Shown: positions 46,282 to 56,049, counted from the first letter of the stretch. The stretch: 64,000 bases of DNA from an uncultured Anaerolinea sp. (GCA_964533735.1 CAZHMD010000013.1:1638-65637); one strand, 5' to 3'. Program-made: numbers and translations. The notes: generated by a model not told the origin, from the sequence alone.

Positions 46282-47300
46282 ACCTGGTCCTTTTCAGCGG
46301 CCATTATTTCGCCAATGCGCGACTCAAATTTAGGGGGTACCCGTGGGAGAAAACCGTTGGGTTTGAGGATCATCATTACTACCAGCAGGATGCCAAATAT
46401 CAGCATGCGGAAATCGGAAAAACCACGCAGCATATCCGGCAGGGCGATCAGACCGAGCGCACCGAGGATGACGCCATACTGGTTTCCCAAACCGCCGAGG
46501 ATGATCAGGCAGAGTATATTAATGGAGGAAAGCAGGCTGAAATTATCAGGGAATATGGAGCCCTGCCAGGCAGCAAATACCACGCCTCCCACACCTCCGA
46601 TGAACGCCCCCAGGGCAAACGCCAGCAGCTTGTACCACACTGTATTCACCCCGGAGATTTCAGCCACGTCCTCGTCTTCGCGGATGGCCAGCCAGGCGCG
46701 CCCAATCTTGGAATGAATAAGGCGGTTGGTGATGAAGACAAAGAAGATGATCAAAACGATGATCAGAAAATAAAAGTGGGTGCCGGTGTTAAAGGTCATC
46801 CCAAAAAGCACCGGCTTATCAATGCGGATGATGCCCTGTGAACCATTGGTGATGCCGCGCAGGTTCAGCAGCAGCAGGCGGGTGATCTCGCCGAACCCGA
46901 GTGTGACAATGGCGAGGTAATCACCGCGCAAGCGCAGGACCGGGATGGAGATTAACGCACCAACCAGAGCAGCCACCAACCCGCCAACAACCAGCATGAT
47001 CCAAAATGGCATATGGATGTCGAATTGCCCCGAGGCAAGGATGGCGTAAATATAAGCACCAATGCCGTAGTAGGCGGCAAATCCAAGGTCCAGCAACCCG
47101 GCAAAACCAACATGGATGAGCAATCCCAATCCCAACAGGATATACAACCCGGCATAACCCAGGATGCGTACCCAGAGATTTACCTGCGGGAAGGGAAGAA
47201 AAGGCATGATCAGCAGGGCGGCGAGAAACACCGGGATAAAAATCCATTTGATCCACGATGCCCGGGAAACGATTGCGGAAATTCTTGTAAATAAGGCCAT
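46278..47300 (-). CDS. livM: branched-chain amino acid ABC transporter permease
   Basis: 340 aa, multi-TM, typical LivM pattern. Overlaps livG by 4 nt. Confidence 0.85.
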   Translation of the reverse strand: MALFTRISAIVSRASWIKWIFIPVFLAALLIMPFLPFPQVNLWVRILGYAGLYILLGLGLLIHVGFAGLLDLGFAAYYGIGAYIYAILASGQFDIHMPFWIMLVVGGLVAALVGALISIPVLRLRGDYLAIVTLGFGEITRLLLLNLRGITNGSQGIIRIDKPVLFGMTFNTGTHFYFLIIVLIIFFVFITNRLIHSKIGRAWLAIREDEDVAEISGVNTVWYKLLAFALGAFIGGVGGVVFAAWQGSIFPDNFSLLSSINILCLIILGGLGNQYGVILGALGLIALPDMLRGFSDFRMLIFGILLVVMMILKPNGFLPRVPPKFESRIGEIMAAEKDQV

Positions 47301-47308
47301 GTTCTTCC

Positions 47309-48337
47309 CTATAGTTTCTTTTGGAATTTACGATGTCCCAGTAGACCGCTGGGCATGAATATCAGGGTGAGGATCAGTACAACAAAAGCCACCACATCCT
47401 TGTAGACAGCGGGCAAGACCTGCACACTTAATGTTTCAACAAGCCCTAAAATGTAACCGCCCAGCATGGCGCCTGGAATGCTGCCGATACCCCCAAGCAC
47501 AGCTGCCGTGAATGCCTTGATCCCGGGAACGAAACCCATATCAACGCGAATCTGAAGATAAAAGAAGCCGACCATCACCCCCGCGATTCCTGCCAGGGCG
47601 GAGCCTATGAAGAAGGTGGTGGATATTGTACGATTAACATTCACTCCCATCAAAGCGGCGGTCTCTTTATCTTCAGAGACTGCCCTCATGGCGAGACCCA
47701 CCTTGGTGAAGCGTACCAGGAGATACAAAATCACCATGATAACCAAAGATAAGGTAACGATGAGCATACGGGAATAGGATATGAATACCCCGGCGAGAAC
47801 TACGCCATCAGTGCCCAGAATGGCAGGATAAGTTTTAGCCGCAGCGCCGCCAAAGGTTGTCAGGGTATTGATGACCCCTTGTCCGAAGCCCTGGGGAAAA
47901 AGGAAATTCTCCCCGATCTTGATGCTGAAAATCTTCTTACCGATGGTTGGCACCAGCCTGACTACCTCTTGTAAGATGATCGATGCTCCAATGGCGCTGA
48001 TCAATGCCGCCAGTCGGCCTGCATTGCGTAATGGGCGGTAAGCCAGGCGTTCCAGCACGATGCCTGTAATGGCAGAGCCCAGCATACCAGCAACAAAAGC
48101 GATGAGGATTGCGAGGATAGGGTTAGACGCCAGCAGCCCGGTCTTTTGCATCAGGCTGGTGGCAAATAACCCCCAATAGGCTCCAACCATGAAGACATCG
48201 CCGTGGGCAAAATTGACCATCGACAGGACGCCATACACCATGGTGTAACCGAGGGAGATCAATGCGTAGAAACTGCCAATGGTTAATCCATTGACAACCT
48301 GTTCGAGGAAAGTCTTCAATCCATCTGATAACGGCAT
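47309..48337 (-). CDS. livH: branched-chain amino acid ABC transporter permease
   Basis: ..GLTIGSFYALISLGYTMVYGVLSMVNFAHGDVFMVGAY.. is the LivH signature. Start set at MPLSDG (48337), downstream of the intercistronic hairpin. Confidence 0.85.
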   Translation of the reverse strand: MPLSDGLKTFLEQVVNGLTIGSFYALISLGYTMVYGVLSMVNFAHGDVFMVGAYWGLFATSLMQKTGLLASNPILAILIAFVAGMLGSAITGIVLERLAYRPLRNAGRLAALISAIGASIILQEVVRLVPTIGKKIFSIKIGENFLFPQGFGQGVINTLTTFGGAAAKTYPAILGTDGVVLAGVFISYSRMLIVTLSLVIMVILYLLVRFTKVGLAMRAVSEDKETAALMGVNVNRTISTTFFIGSALAGIAGVMVGFFYLQIRVDMGFVPGIKAFTAAVLGGIGSIPGAMLGGYILGLVETLSVQVLPAVYKDVVAFVVLILTLIFMPSGLLGHRKFQKKL

Positions 48338-48358
48338 GGTTGCGATGTCCAATTTCCA

Positions 48359-48388
48359 GAGATGAGGGCGAAACACCGCCCTCATCTC
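48359..48388 (-). promoter_or_regulatory. perfect 12-bp stem-loop between the binding-protein gene and livH
   Basis: GAGATGAGGGCG-6 nt-CGCCCTCATCTC with no U-tail. Probably an mRNA-stabilising or decoupling hairpin. Confidence 0.6.
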
Positions 48389-48407
48389 ATATTATAGTTA
48401 TTTTGAT

Positions 48408-49667
48408 TTATTCGCCAAACTTGTATTCTTTCATTGGGGTGATCACGCCTTCTTTAACTTCGAAGACTGTGATGGAAACAACCTTAAGATCTCCAGCATC
48501 ATCAAATTCCAGGTGCCCGGTCACGCCCGTGAATGGGGTGGCGCGGATGGAGTTGGCAAGAGCCTTTCGACCGATCACCAGGTTGCCATCGGCATCCACA
48601 GTGGCAACACGGTCAGCGGCCTGCAGCAGGATGGTGGCAGCATCAAACGAGCCTGGTCCATAAGCTACCGGGTCGCCGCCAAACTTGGCTTTGAAAGCAG
48701 CCAGGAATTCATCGTATCCACTGGCACCGCCAACTGCTCCGAAGGTCATAAATGCGCCTTCAGCGGCAGCACCGGCAGCATCAGCAAACGAGGGCTGTGA
48801 TTTAATGCCATCAGGTCCAAAGAAGAAACCATCAAAATTGGCAGCGCGCAGTTGAACCACCAGCTTCATGCCTTCCGCGTCCATGCCGCCAAAGTAGACT
48901 GCTTCAGGATCCCCAGATGAGGAGGTTGAAACGACTGCCGAGTAATCTGATTCTCCGCGTGTGATCCCCTCGAACGAGGTCACAGTCCCGCCCAGGGCAG
49001 TGAATTTATCTTTCACCGCGGTGGCAAGACCTTCACCATAAATGGATTGGTCGTGGACAACACCAATGCTGTTGATTCCAAGTTCGTTTTTAAGATAGTC
49101 TGCAGTTACCTCTGCCTGTAAGTCATCGTTGGCAACAGTGCGGAATACATTTTCAAACCCCTGGGAGGTTACATCGATCGCGGTACTGGAGGGGGTGATC
49201 ATGATGACGTTATTGGCGGCGTAAATATCTTCAGCGGGAACCGCAGAACCGGAGCACATGGGGCCAACCACGCCAAGGACAGCCGGGTCAGCCGAGAACT
49301 TTTCGGCAACGGTAACACCCGAAGCACCTTCGCAGGCATCATCCTGGGCATCTGAAACAACGGTAAAGCCTTTGAGTGTACCGCCGAATTGTTCGATGGC
49401 GAGGTCAACGCCATTTAACATATCAGTACCATAAACCGCATAAGCGCCGGCAAGAGCGGAAGAAAGCCCGATCTTGAGCGATTGACCTGCTGGGATGACA
49501 ATATTTCCCCAGGGATCAACTGGCGCTGCTTCTGTTGGTGCTTCTGTTGGTGCTCCACTAACAGGACCTTCTGTGGCAGCCGCGGTAGGTGCGGCTGTTG
49601 GTTTTGCGCATGCTGTAAAGAGCAGAGCAATTACCAGCAAAACAGGTAAGAATTTCAGGGACTTCAT
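48408..49667 (-). CDS. livJ: branched-chain amino acid ABC transporter substrate-binding lipoprotein
   Basis: MKSLKFLPVLLVIALLFTAC lipobox, an Ala/Pro/Thr/Glu linker, then a LivJ/K-type periplasmic binding fold. AAAGGAG SD before the ATG at 49667. Confidence 0.85.
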   Translation of the reverse strand: MKSLKFLPVLLVIALLFTACAKPTAAPTAAATEGPVSGAPTEAPTEAAPVDPWGNIVIPAGQSLKIGLSSALAGAYAVYGTDMLNGVDLAIEQFGGTLKGFTVVSDAQDDACEGASGVTVAEKFSADPAVLGVVGPMCSGSAVPAEDIYAANNVIMITPSSTAIDVTSQGFENVFRTVANDDLQAEVTADYLKNELGINSIGVVHDQSIYGEGLATAVKDKFTALGGTVTSFEGITRGESDYSAVVSTSSSGDPEAVYFGGMDAEGMKLVVQLRAANFDGFFFGPDGIKSQPSFADAAGAAAEGAFMTFGAVGGASGYDEFLAAFKAKFGGDPVAYGPGSFDAATILLQAADRVATVDADGNLVIGRKALANSIRATPFTGVTGHLEFDDAGDLKVVSITVFEVKEGVITPMKEYKFGE

Positions 49668-49758
49668 TTTGATTTCTCCTTTTAGATTTTGATTGAATCC
49701 TTTTCTTGTCGAACCCCGAAAAATGATGACTATTGCGCACCTCCTTGTAAAAAGCATA

Positions 49759-49790
49759 AAAAAAGCCACCTGCTTGTGGTCAGGTGGCTT
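49759..49790 (-). terminator. strong intrinsic terminator inside the liv 5' leader
   Basis: On the minus strand: AGCCACCTG-accacaag-CAGGTGGCT followed by TTTTTT. Lies about 95 nt upstream of the livJ start codon. Confidence 0.7.
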
Positions 49791-49943
49791 TTGTTTGTGC
49801 TCTTGGATTACTCTTACGCGTTTACTTTTGCCAACCTAACCCGAAATATGCTTCCAATTGCCATAAGCCAGGAGAGCATCATATAGTAGGCGTAGTAACT
49901 CGAGCAGGTTAGTTTATTCATAAGAGGTCTATATAAGTAAAGA

Positions 49944-49972
49944 TATTACAGTCAAAAAAATCAAAAGTCAAG
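49944..49972 (-). promoter_or_regulatory. sigma70-like promoter TTGACT-17-TAATAT reading toward the liv operon
   Basis: -35 at 49972-49967 and -10 at 49949-49944, read directly. A second TTGACT at 49956-49951 is paired with TATAGA (16-nt spacer). Confidence 0.5.
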
Positions 49973-50123
49973 CACATTTTAAAAATTTAAGATTAGAAAA
50001 TCACCTGCAGGAAATATACCCCTGGAATAGGAATTAATAGAAAGTTAGAGGCAAAACAGCGCAAGTCCATTTGTTCGAATGCTTTGTCCTTATGGTATTA
50101 TTAATCAATATATAGGAGGAAGA

Positions 50124-50480
50124 ATGACCATACCAACCGAACCTGTTATTGAACCTGCACCAGTACCGGCACCAGGAGTATCAAGTGACGATCGTTTATG
50201 GGTGGTTTTATGTTTTCTGCTTACCCCTATCCTTCCGCTCGTGACCTTGTTCCTGGAAAATAAAAAAGATCGACCCTTCATTAAATACCACACTGTCCCG
50301 ACTCTTATCCTGGGTGTGGTTGAAGGTATCGTGGTAGCCATTTTATCGTGGATACCGGTAGTTCAATGTATTGTGCCATTTATCTATATTATCAACATTA
50401 TTTATGCACTAAAGGCGAATAAGGGCGTGAACACGGATATTCCTGTGATCACCCAGTTCGCAAAAGGCCAGGGCTGGTAA
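50124..50480 (+). CDS. small membrane protein, DUF4870-like
   Basis: ..SSDDRLWVVLCFLLTPILPLVTLFLENKKDRPFIKYHTV... pattern with 3 TM segments. GGAGG SD before the ATG at 50124. Confidence 0.55.
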   Translation: MTIPTEPVIEPAPVPAPGVSSDDRLWVVLCFLLTPILPLVTLFLENKKDRPFIKYHTVPTLILGVVEGIVVAILSWIPVVQCIVPFIYIINIIYALKANKGVNTDIPVITQFAKGQGW

Positions 50481-50507
50481 TAACACCCTGACCAAAACGA
50501 CACACCA

Positions 50508-50535
50508 AAAAGCCCTTCGATTTTGAAGGGCTTTT
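50508..50535. terminator. bidirectional terminator
   Basis: AAAAGCCCTTC-gatttt-GAAGGGCTTTT. Confidence 0.8.
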
Positions 50536-50562
50536 CCTTTATTGTTTACCATTAGATGAGCG

Positions 50563-51741
50563 TTAAAAACCGCCAGCCCCATAGAGAGCCGGGTCGGTGG
50601 GTGTTTTGCCGGTAGGATCCCAAACGTAAACGAAATCACCTTCCTTTGCCCAATCATAGATCCAATGGGCGTCGGAAACCGACATGTTTACGCACCCGTG
50701 AGACCCTTGATCGCCAAGGTAAGTGTTCCAATACGCTCCGTGTATCGCGCGTAACTGGTCGTAATATAAGATATAAGGAACATCTTCAAGGTAATAATAA
50801 TCGGCTTTATCCGCTTCGAAGCTGCCGCTCATGCGGTCATTAACCAGCATTTTGTACACCTGGAAGACCCCCGGCTGAGTGTAAAAGGGATGCGAGCCGC
50901 TGGAGATGAGCGTGGCGAAAACCAGGTTGCCGCCTTCGTAAACCAAGAGCACCTGTTCCTCCAAATTGATCTCGATCCAGCGGTCACCTGTAACACCTTC
51001 AGGTTTGGTGTAGTTTGGCAGCACGCGCGCGATATAGCGGCTTTCAATCCATTCATCCACACCAATCATGACCCACTGAATGTTATCGATTACCCGGGTA
51101 TCATAAATGTGCAGCAAGCTGTATTTATAATAGATCCTGCCGGTTTCCGGTGTTCGGGGTCCTGGGGCTGAACGCGAGGTGATGGTGTCCATTGCCCAGC
51201 CAAAGAGAACAGTCGGATTTGATTTAAAGAGGTACCCCTGGAAATTGGGGATGCTCACTTTGCGGATATTTTCTGAGCTGATCCACTCGTATGTGGCGAT
51301 CTGGTAGAATCTTCCCTTTTCGGTTTCAGTTTTGTTGTAAAGGGAAACATACTTGATCTTGCTCTTCCCCAGGGTATTACCGGAATCACCAGCGACTGCT
51401 TTATCAATATTGGCATACAACGGCACAGCCTCGTTGGAGACGATGGCGTAGGCAAATGGGATATTTATCAGGTCCGCTGGCGGATGATAAATGGGCAGTG
51501 GTTCTGCCGGAAATGTGATTCCCTTGGCTGCCAGTTCTTTCAAGCGCGCGCTCGGACCAAGATCGGTACAGTCAATTTCCGCGAAAGGCTCGAGCTGCCC
51601 CGGGAGGCACAATGCCTGGTTGGCGTTGGCACCCGTCTCCACGTTCCTTGCCCGGGCATTAACTGTAAAAGGGGAACTGATTGAAAAAATCACCAGTACC
51701 GCGATCGTTGAGATAAGAATACGAATAAAATTGGCTTTCAT
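50563..51741 (-). CDS. L,D-transpeptidase (YkuD domain) with a long N-terminal region
   Basis: Signal/anchor segment. The C-terminal ..IHGAYWNTYLGDQGSHGCVNMSVSDAHWIYDW is the YkuD catalytic His/Cys motif. Confidence 0.8.
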   Translation of the reverse strand: MKANFIRILISTIAVLVIFSISSPFTVNARARNVETGANANQALCLPGQLEPFAEIDCTDLGPSARLKELAAKGITFPAEPLPIYHPPADLINIPFAYAIVSNEAVPLYANIDKAVAGDSGNTLGKSKIKYVSLYNKTETEKGRFYQIATYEWISSENIRKVSIPNFQGYLFKSNPTVLFGWAMDTITSRSAPGPRTPETGRIYYKYSLLHIYDTRVIDNIQWVMIGVDEWIESRYIARVLPNYTKPEGVTGDRWIEINLEEQVLLVYEGGNLVFATLISSGSHPFYTQPGVFQVYKMLVNDRMSGSFEADKADYYYLEDVPYILYYDQLRAIHGAYWNTYLGDQGSHGCVNMSVSDAHWIYDWAKEGDFVYVWDPTGKTPTDPALYGAGGF

Positions 51742-51814
51742 TATTTACTTCCTAAATCGGACTTAATTTACCTGATTTTATCAGAGAACCTTGTTTTTGT
51801 GCGTGTTTTTCGGG

Positions 51815-52474
51815 TTAGCTGCCATCTTCGCGTAAGCTTCGGTCAACTTCGGCTTTGACCTGGGCAAAGGTCTTTTCTCCCAACAGGTAGAGCAACTCTT
51901 CTCTAAAAGTCTCCACCAGGGGAACAGATTTTTCGGATGGTTGGACACAACTTCCCTGCTCAGCCAGGAGTTCAGCGGTCTCGTCCAGGGTAATCCTGCC
52001 CTGTTCATCCTGGTCGAGAGGATGCAGCAGACAGTAATAGGGTTTGAACTTCCAGGGGTGCATCCCGTTTTCCACCCCCGCCACCTGCAGCGCGCATTTG
52101 GCATCCGACCGCCAGAAAACACAGGCTATACCGCCGTAATGGTCCGGGCGCTGCTCAACGGCAGTGTGGATTACGCGGCCGGTGGGACTATGTTTATCAT
52201 CATCTTCGACAGGTACGAACCACTCACCAGGGTTCCTGCTGTCCTCCGGCATATAAGGGGAGATCAGGCTGGCGTTATTGAGAATGTAGGTCACCTCGCG
52301 CGAATCCACCCAAACACCGAATACGCAGCATGCGCCGTGACAATCATCAAGGTTGCAGCGGCGCAAGGGTTCAGACTTCAACATGCGCGGGTTGAGGCGG
52401 TCTTCAAAAGGGTATCTATCGCGTTTCATGCAGGCATTGTACCATCCCGGGGCGGTTAGAATCGGGGGTCTCAT
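51815..52474 (-). CDS. cysteine-cluster protein (DUF3109 / YkgJ-like), function unknown
   Basis: CNLDDCHGACCVFGVWV and ..CVFW...KCALQ....KPYYCLLHPL patterns. The alternative start ATG at 52429 is preceded by TACAAT plus 6 nt. Confidence 0.4.
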   Translation of the reverse strand: MRPPILTAPGWYNACMKRDRYPFEDRLNPRMLKSEPLRRCNLDDCHGACCVFGVWVDSREVTYILNNASLISPYMPEDSRNPGEWFVPVEDDDKHSPTGRVIHTAVEQRPDHYGGIACVFWRSDAKCALQVAGVENGMHPWKFKPYYCLLHPLDQDEQGRITLDETAELLAEQGSCVQPSEKSVPLVETFREELLYLLGEKTFAQVKAEVDRSLREDGS

Positions 52475-52545
52475 CCATGGTTAATGAATTAGTGTAAAAT
52501 GGAAGAGGGGCAAGCCCCGAACAAAAACCAAAAAGGAGTGGCAAA

Positions 52546-53493
52546 ATGACCAAGTGGAAGGTTCTGATCACAGATGGTTTGGATGAAAACGGAAAGACTT
52601 TACTGAAGAAATCAGTTGAGGTCACCGATCAGCCTGGGATCACGGCCGATGATTTATTGAAGGTAATCGGTGAATACGATGCATTGATCGTCCGCGGACG
52701 AACCAAGGTGACAGCCGCAGTTTTTGAGGCTGCCAAAGCCTTAAAAGTGGTTGGGCGTGCCGGGGTGGGTGTGGATAATATTGACCTGGCTGCCGCCAAG
52801 GCAAAAGGGGTCACTGTTGTCAATTCACCGTTAGCCACCACCGTCGCAGTTGCAGAATTAACCCTTGGATTGATGTTGAGCATTGTCAGGGAGATCGCCC
52901 GCGCAGATTCGAGCATGAAAGCCGGCAAGTGGCTTAAAAAAGAATTCGAAGGCGCGGAGCTCGCCGGAAAAACGCTGGGTGTGCTGGGATTCGGGCGCAT
53001 TGGCGCAGCGGTTGCCAAACGAGCTGCCGCTTTTGAAATGAATATTCTCGGATTTGATCCGATGTTGTCCGCAGGCGATATCAAGCAGCGCGGCGGTGAA
53101 GCAGTATCTTTTGAAGAATTGTTGAAACGCTCCGACATGATTACCATGCACCTTCCGCTTACTGCCGACACGAAAAACATGTTGAACGCAGCAGCATTCG
53201 GCAAGATGAAGCAGGGCGTTTACATCATCTGCGCAGCCCGCGGTGGTGTGATCGATGAGACTGCATTACTCGAGGCATTAAATAATGGAAAAGTGGCTGG
53301 TGCTGCGCTGGATGTGCTTTCATCTGAACCCCCGACGGAAGAGCTTTTAGGACTGGTGGGGCATCCAAAGGTTCTTGATACCCCCCATATCGGCGCGCAG
53401 ACTGTAGAAGCACAGGCACGCGCAGCCAATGATATTGCCGAAGAAGTACTGGCTGCGCTTGAAGGTAAAGCGCTGCGCTGGAAGGTCGCTTAA
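52546..53493 (+). CDS. D-isomer-specific 2-hydroxyacid dehydrogenase (short SerA/PGDH-like, no ACT domain)
   Basis: NAD motif GVLGFGRIGAAVAKR, catalytic ..ARGGVIDE.. and HIGAQT. AAAGGAG SD upstream. Confidence 0.8.
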   Translation: MTKWKVLITDGLDENGKTLLKKSVEVTDQPGITADDLLKVIGEYDALIVRGRTKVTAAVFEAAKALKVVGRAGVGVDNIDLAAAKAKGVTVVNSPLATTVAVAELTLGLMLSIVREIARADSSMKAGKWLKKEFEGAELAGKTLGVLGFGRIGAAVAKRAAAFEMNILGFDPMLSAGDIKQRGGEAVSFEELLKRSDMITMHLPLTADTKNMLNAAAFGKMKQGVYIICAARGGVIDETALLEALNNGKVAGAALDVLSSEPPTEELLGLVGHPKVLDTPHIGAQTVEAQARAANDIAEEVLAALEGKALRWKVA

Positions 53494-53516
53494 TCTATTC
53501 AATGGAGGAAGTGTCA

Positions 53517-55019
53517 ATGGAAAAGAAGCTGAATGAATTCAAGCAACTCATTGCCGAAGTGACTGATCTCGGACGTGCCCAGGCTGTTTTGGGTTGGGAC
53601 CAGCAGGTCAATATGCCCAGGGGCGGCGCGGAAGACCGCGGGAATATTCTCGCCACTCTCGCCGGGATCGGGCATCAGAAATTTACCTCCAAAGAAATGG
53701 GTGACCTGGTGGCGCAATTGCTGCCGTTTGCCGAAACCCTTGACCCGGAATCAGATGACGCCTGCCTGATCAAACGCGTTGCGCATGACTACCACAAGGA
53801 AACAAAAGTTTCCATGGCATGGGTGGAGGAGTTTGCCCGGTTGACCACCATTGCGCAGGGGGTGTGGGAACAAGCCAAGGCGGAGAACAACTTCAAACTG
53901 TTCCAACCGCACCTGGATAGAATCGTGGAATTACGCCGCGAGTATGCTGAATTCTTCAAGCCTTATGACCATGTCTATGATCCGCTGCTGGATGATTTTG
54001 AACCAGGATTGAAGACCAAAGAGGTCAAGGAGATTTTTGGCAAACTGCGTCCGCAGCAGGTGGAATTGTTGAAAGCCATCGCTGCCAAACCAGTCATTGA
54101 CGATTCCTTCCTGCACATCCCCTTTGACGAACAAGGTCAATGGGACTTTGGCGTGGATGTGATCACTCATTTTGGCTACGACTGGAACCGCGGACGGCAG
54201 GATAAGGCAGTTCATCCATTCACCACCAGTTTTGGGCTGGGCGATATTCGCATTACCACCCGTTTTGATCCGGAACGCGCGGCTTCTGCCTTGTTCAGCA
54301 CCATGCACGAAGGCGGGCATGCCATGTATGAGCAGGGGGTTTCCACCAGCCTGCGCCGCACTCCGCTGACCAATGGAGCTTCCATGGCTGTGCACGAATC
54401 GCAGTCGCGCATGTGGGAAAACCTCATTGGGCGTTCAAAGGCATTCTGGAAATTCTTCTATCCGCGCCTGGTCAAGATCTTCCCGCAGCAGCTCAAGAAC
54501 GTCAGCATGGAAGCCTTTTATAAAGGCATTAACAAGGTGGAACCATCCCTGATTCGGGTCGAAGCGGATGAGGCTACCTATAACCTGCATGTAATGCTGC
54601 GCCTGGAACTTGAAATTGGATTGATGGAAGGCACCGTCCAGGTGAAGGATCTTCCGCAGGCGTGGAATGCACGCATGCAGGATTACCTGGGAGTTGTACC
54701 TCCCACCGATACCCTTGGAGTTTTGCAGGATGTGCACTGGTCTGGAGGGATGATCGGTTACTTCCCGACCTACGCGCTGGGCAACCTGGTCTCCTCTCAA
54801 TTGTGGGAAAAGATCAACCAGGATATCCCGGACCTCGAAGATCAGATCGAGCACGGCAAATTTGATGCCCTGTTGGGTTGGCTGCGGGTGAACATCCACC
54901 AGCACGGCGCCAAGTTCGAGCCTCAGGTGCTGGTGAAGAAGGTGACAGGCAGCACCATTACTCCCGAACCCTATATGCGTTATTTGAAGAGTAAATATTC
55001 CGAGATCTACCAACTTTAA
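53517..55019 (+). CDS. M32 family (Taq-type) carboxypeptidase
   Basis: HPFTTSF, DIRITTR, HEGGHAMYE (HExxH), HESQSRMWEN, IRVEADEATYNLH and LQDVHWS are the full M32 motif set. Start at the ATG at 53517 after a GGAGG SD. Confidence 0.9.
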   Translation: MEKKLNEFKQLIAEVTDLGRAQAVLGWDQQVNMPRGGAEDRGNILATLAGIGHQKFTSKEMGDLVAQLLPFAETLDPESDDACLIKRVAHDYHKETKVSMAWVEEFARLTTIAQGVWEQAKAENNFKLFQPHLDRIVELRREYAEFFKPYDHVYDPLLDDFEPGLKTKEVKEIFGKLRPQQVELLKAIAAKPVIDDSFLHIPFDEQGQWDFGVDVITHFGYDWNRGRQDKAVHPFTTSFGLGDIRITTRFDPERAASALFSTMHEGGHAMYEQGVSTSLRRTPLTNGASMAVHESQSRMWENLIGRSKAFWKFFYPRLVKIFPQQLKNVSMEAFYKGINKVEPSLIRVEADEATYNLHVMLRLELEIGLMEGTVQVKDLPQAWNARMQDYLGVVPPTDTLGVLQDVHWSGGMIGYFPTYALGNLVSSQLWEKINQDIPDLEDQIEHGKFDALLGWLRVNIHQHGAKFEPQVLVKKVTGSTITPEPYMRYLKSKYSEIYQL

Positions 55020-55074
55020 GGTTTAACAGGGGGTTTGCCCAACGGCAAACCCCTTTTTGTTGTAAAATTCCTTG

Positions 55075-56019
55075 ATGCCAAAAACTGTCTTAACCAAACT
55101 GGTGGTCCTGTTATTGATAGGGAGTCTTTTCGCTGGGTGTAAACCGGCGGCAAACCTGACGCCAACTGCCGGCACCGCGTTCATCCCTGAAGAGATGACC
55201 CCAACACTCAATGCGCTTCTGACTCCTGGGGCAACTCCCGAATTGCCGCAAGCCACCGAGGGGGTGCCAACAGCGAGTGCACTCACTGCCATTGTGGTTG
55301 AACAACCCACGATGCAATCAACTGAAATCCCAGAGGGGCAGCCGGGACAAAAATACCCGCCAGCTTTGCTACAGGTGGAAAAGCCGGGGGAAATGTCGCG
55401 CCTGTCTTCCCCGATCCTGGTGACAGCTAACGTGTACCCCGGTGACAAGGGGTTGGTAACTGTACAATTGGTCGGTGAAGATGGCCGGGTTATGGCGGAC
55501 CAACTGCTGCAATTAAATTCCGTTAATAGCGGATGGATCTCCCTGGCAACACAAATACAATTCGAGATCAACTCTGCGGGCGAGTCCGCCTTGATCATTG
55601 TTTCCACAAGTGACGGTTATAACCGCAGAATAGCCCAGGTGGGTGTGCCTGTAATCCTGCTGCAAATTGGGGAGAGTGAAATCGAGAATCCGATTTTCTT
55701 CAACCAACCGGTGATTTTAAGCTCCCCAGTGAATGGCGGCATTGCCAAAGGCGGCAGCCTGCATATTGAAGGACAGGTGCATCTCTTCAACGATCGCCCG
55801 ATCATTATTGAGTTGATTTCACAGACGGGCGGAATTGTGGCAAACAAAGCTGTCATGGTTAAAAATGTTGCGGGTCAGGAATACTCCCCCTTCTCTGTTG
55901 ACGTGCCCTATACGGTCAGCAAACGCACTCCGGTTCGCATGGTTGTCAGGCAGCCAAGCGTCTTTTCTTACAACGTGGATATTTCGTTATACAGTCTGCT
56001 TCTCTTCCTCGACCCCTAA
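55075..56019 (+). CDS. lipoprotein, possibly with two Gmad2-type Ig-like domains (tentative)
   Basis: Lipobox LFAGC and a Pro/Thr/Ala linker. Two segments of the form SP(I/V)...V.V.G.......V.V.L....G.V.A. Confidence 0.45.
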   Translation: MPKTVLTKLVVLLLIGSLFAGCKPAANLTPTAGTAFIPEEMTPTLNALLTPGATPELPQATEGVPTASALTAIVVEQPTMQSTEIPEGQPGQKYPPALLQVEKPGEMSRLSSPILVTANVYPGDKGLVTVQLVGEDGRVMADQLLQLNSVNSGWISLATQIQFEINSAGESALIIVSTSDGYNRRIAQVGVPVILLQIGESEIENPIFFNQPVILSSPVNGGIAKGGSLHIEGQVHLFNDRPIIIELISQTGGIVANKAVMVKNVAGQEYSPFSVDVPYTVSKRTPVRMVVRQPSVFSYNVDISLYSLLLFLDP

Positions 56020-56025
56020 AACAAA

Positions 56026-56049
56026 AAGGATGGGCATGAACCCATCCTT
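56026..56049. terminator. hairpin between convergent genes (U-tail on the minus strand)
   Basis: AAGGATGGG-catgaa-CCCATCCTT. Its minus-strand reading is followed by TTTGTTTT. CCCATCCTT recurs at 56090-56098. Confidence 0.55.

Noticed and set aside
49668-49769. The ORF-track N-terminal extension of livJ (start 49769), and a 33-aa ORF (MNKLTCSSYYAYY...) inside the leader as a possible attenuation leader peptide.
   Set aside because: The extension begins inside the terminator stem and precedes a much better SD plus a lipoprotein signal at 49667. The 33-aa ORF has no SD and no run of Leu/Ile/Val codons.
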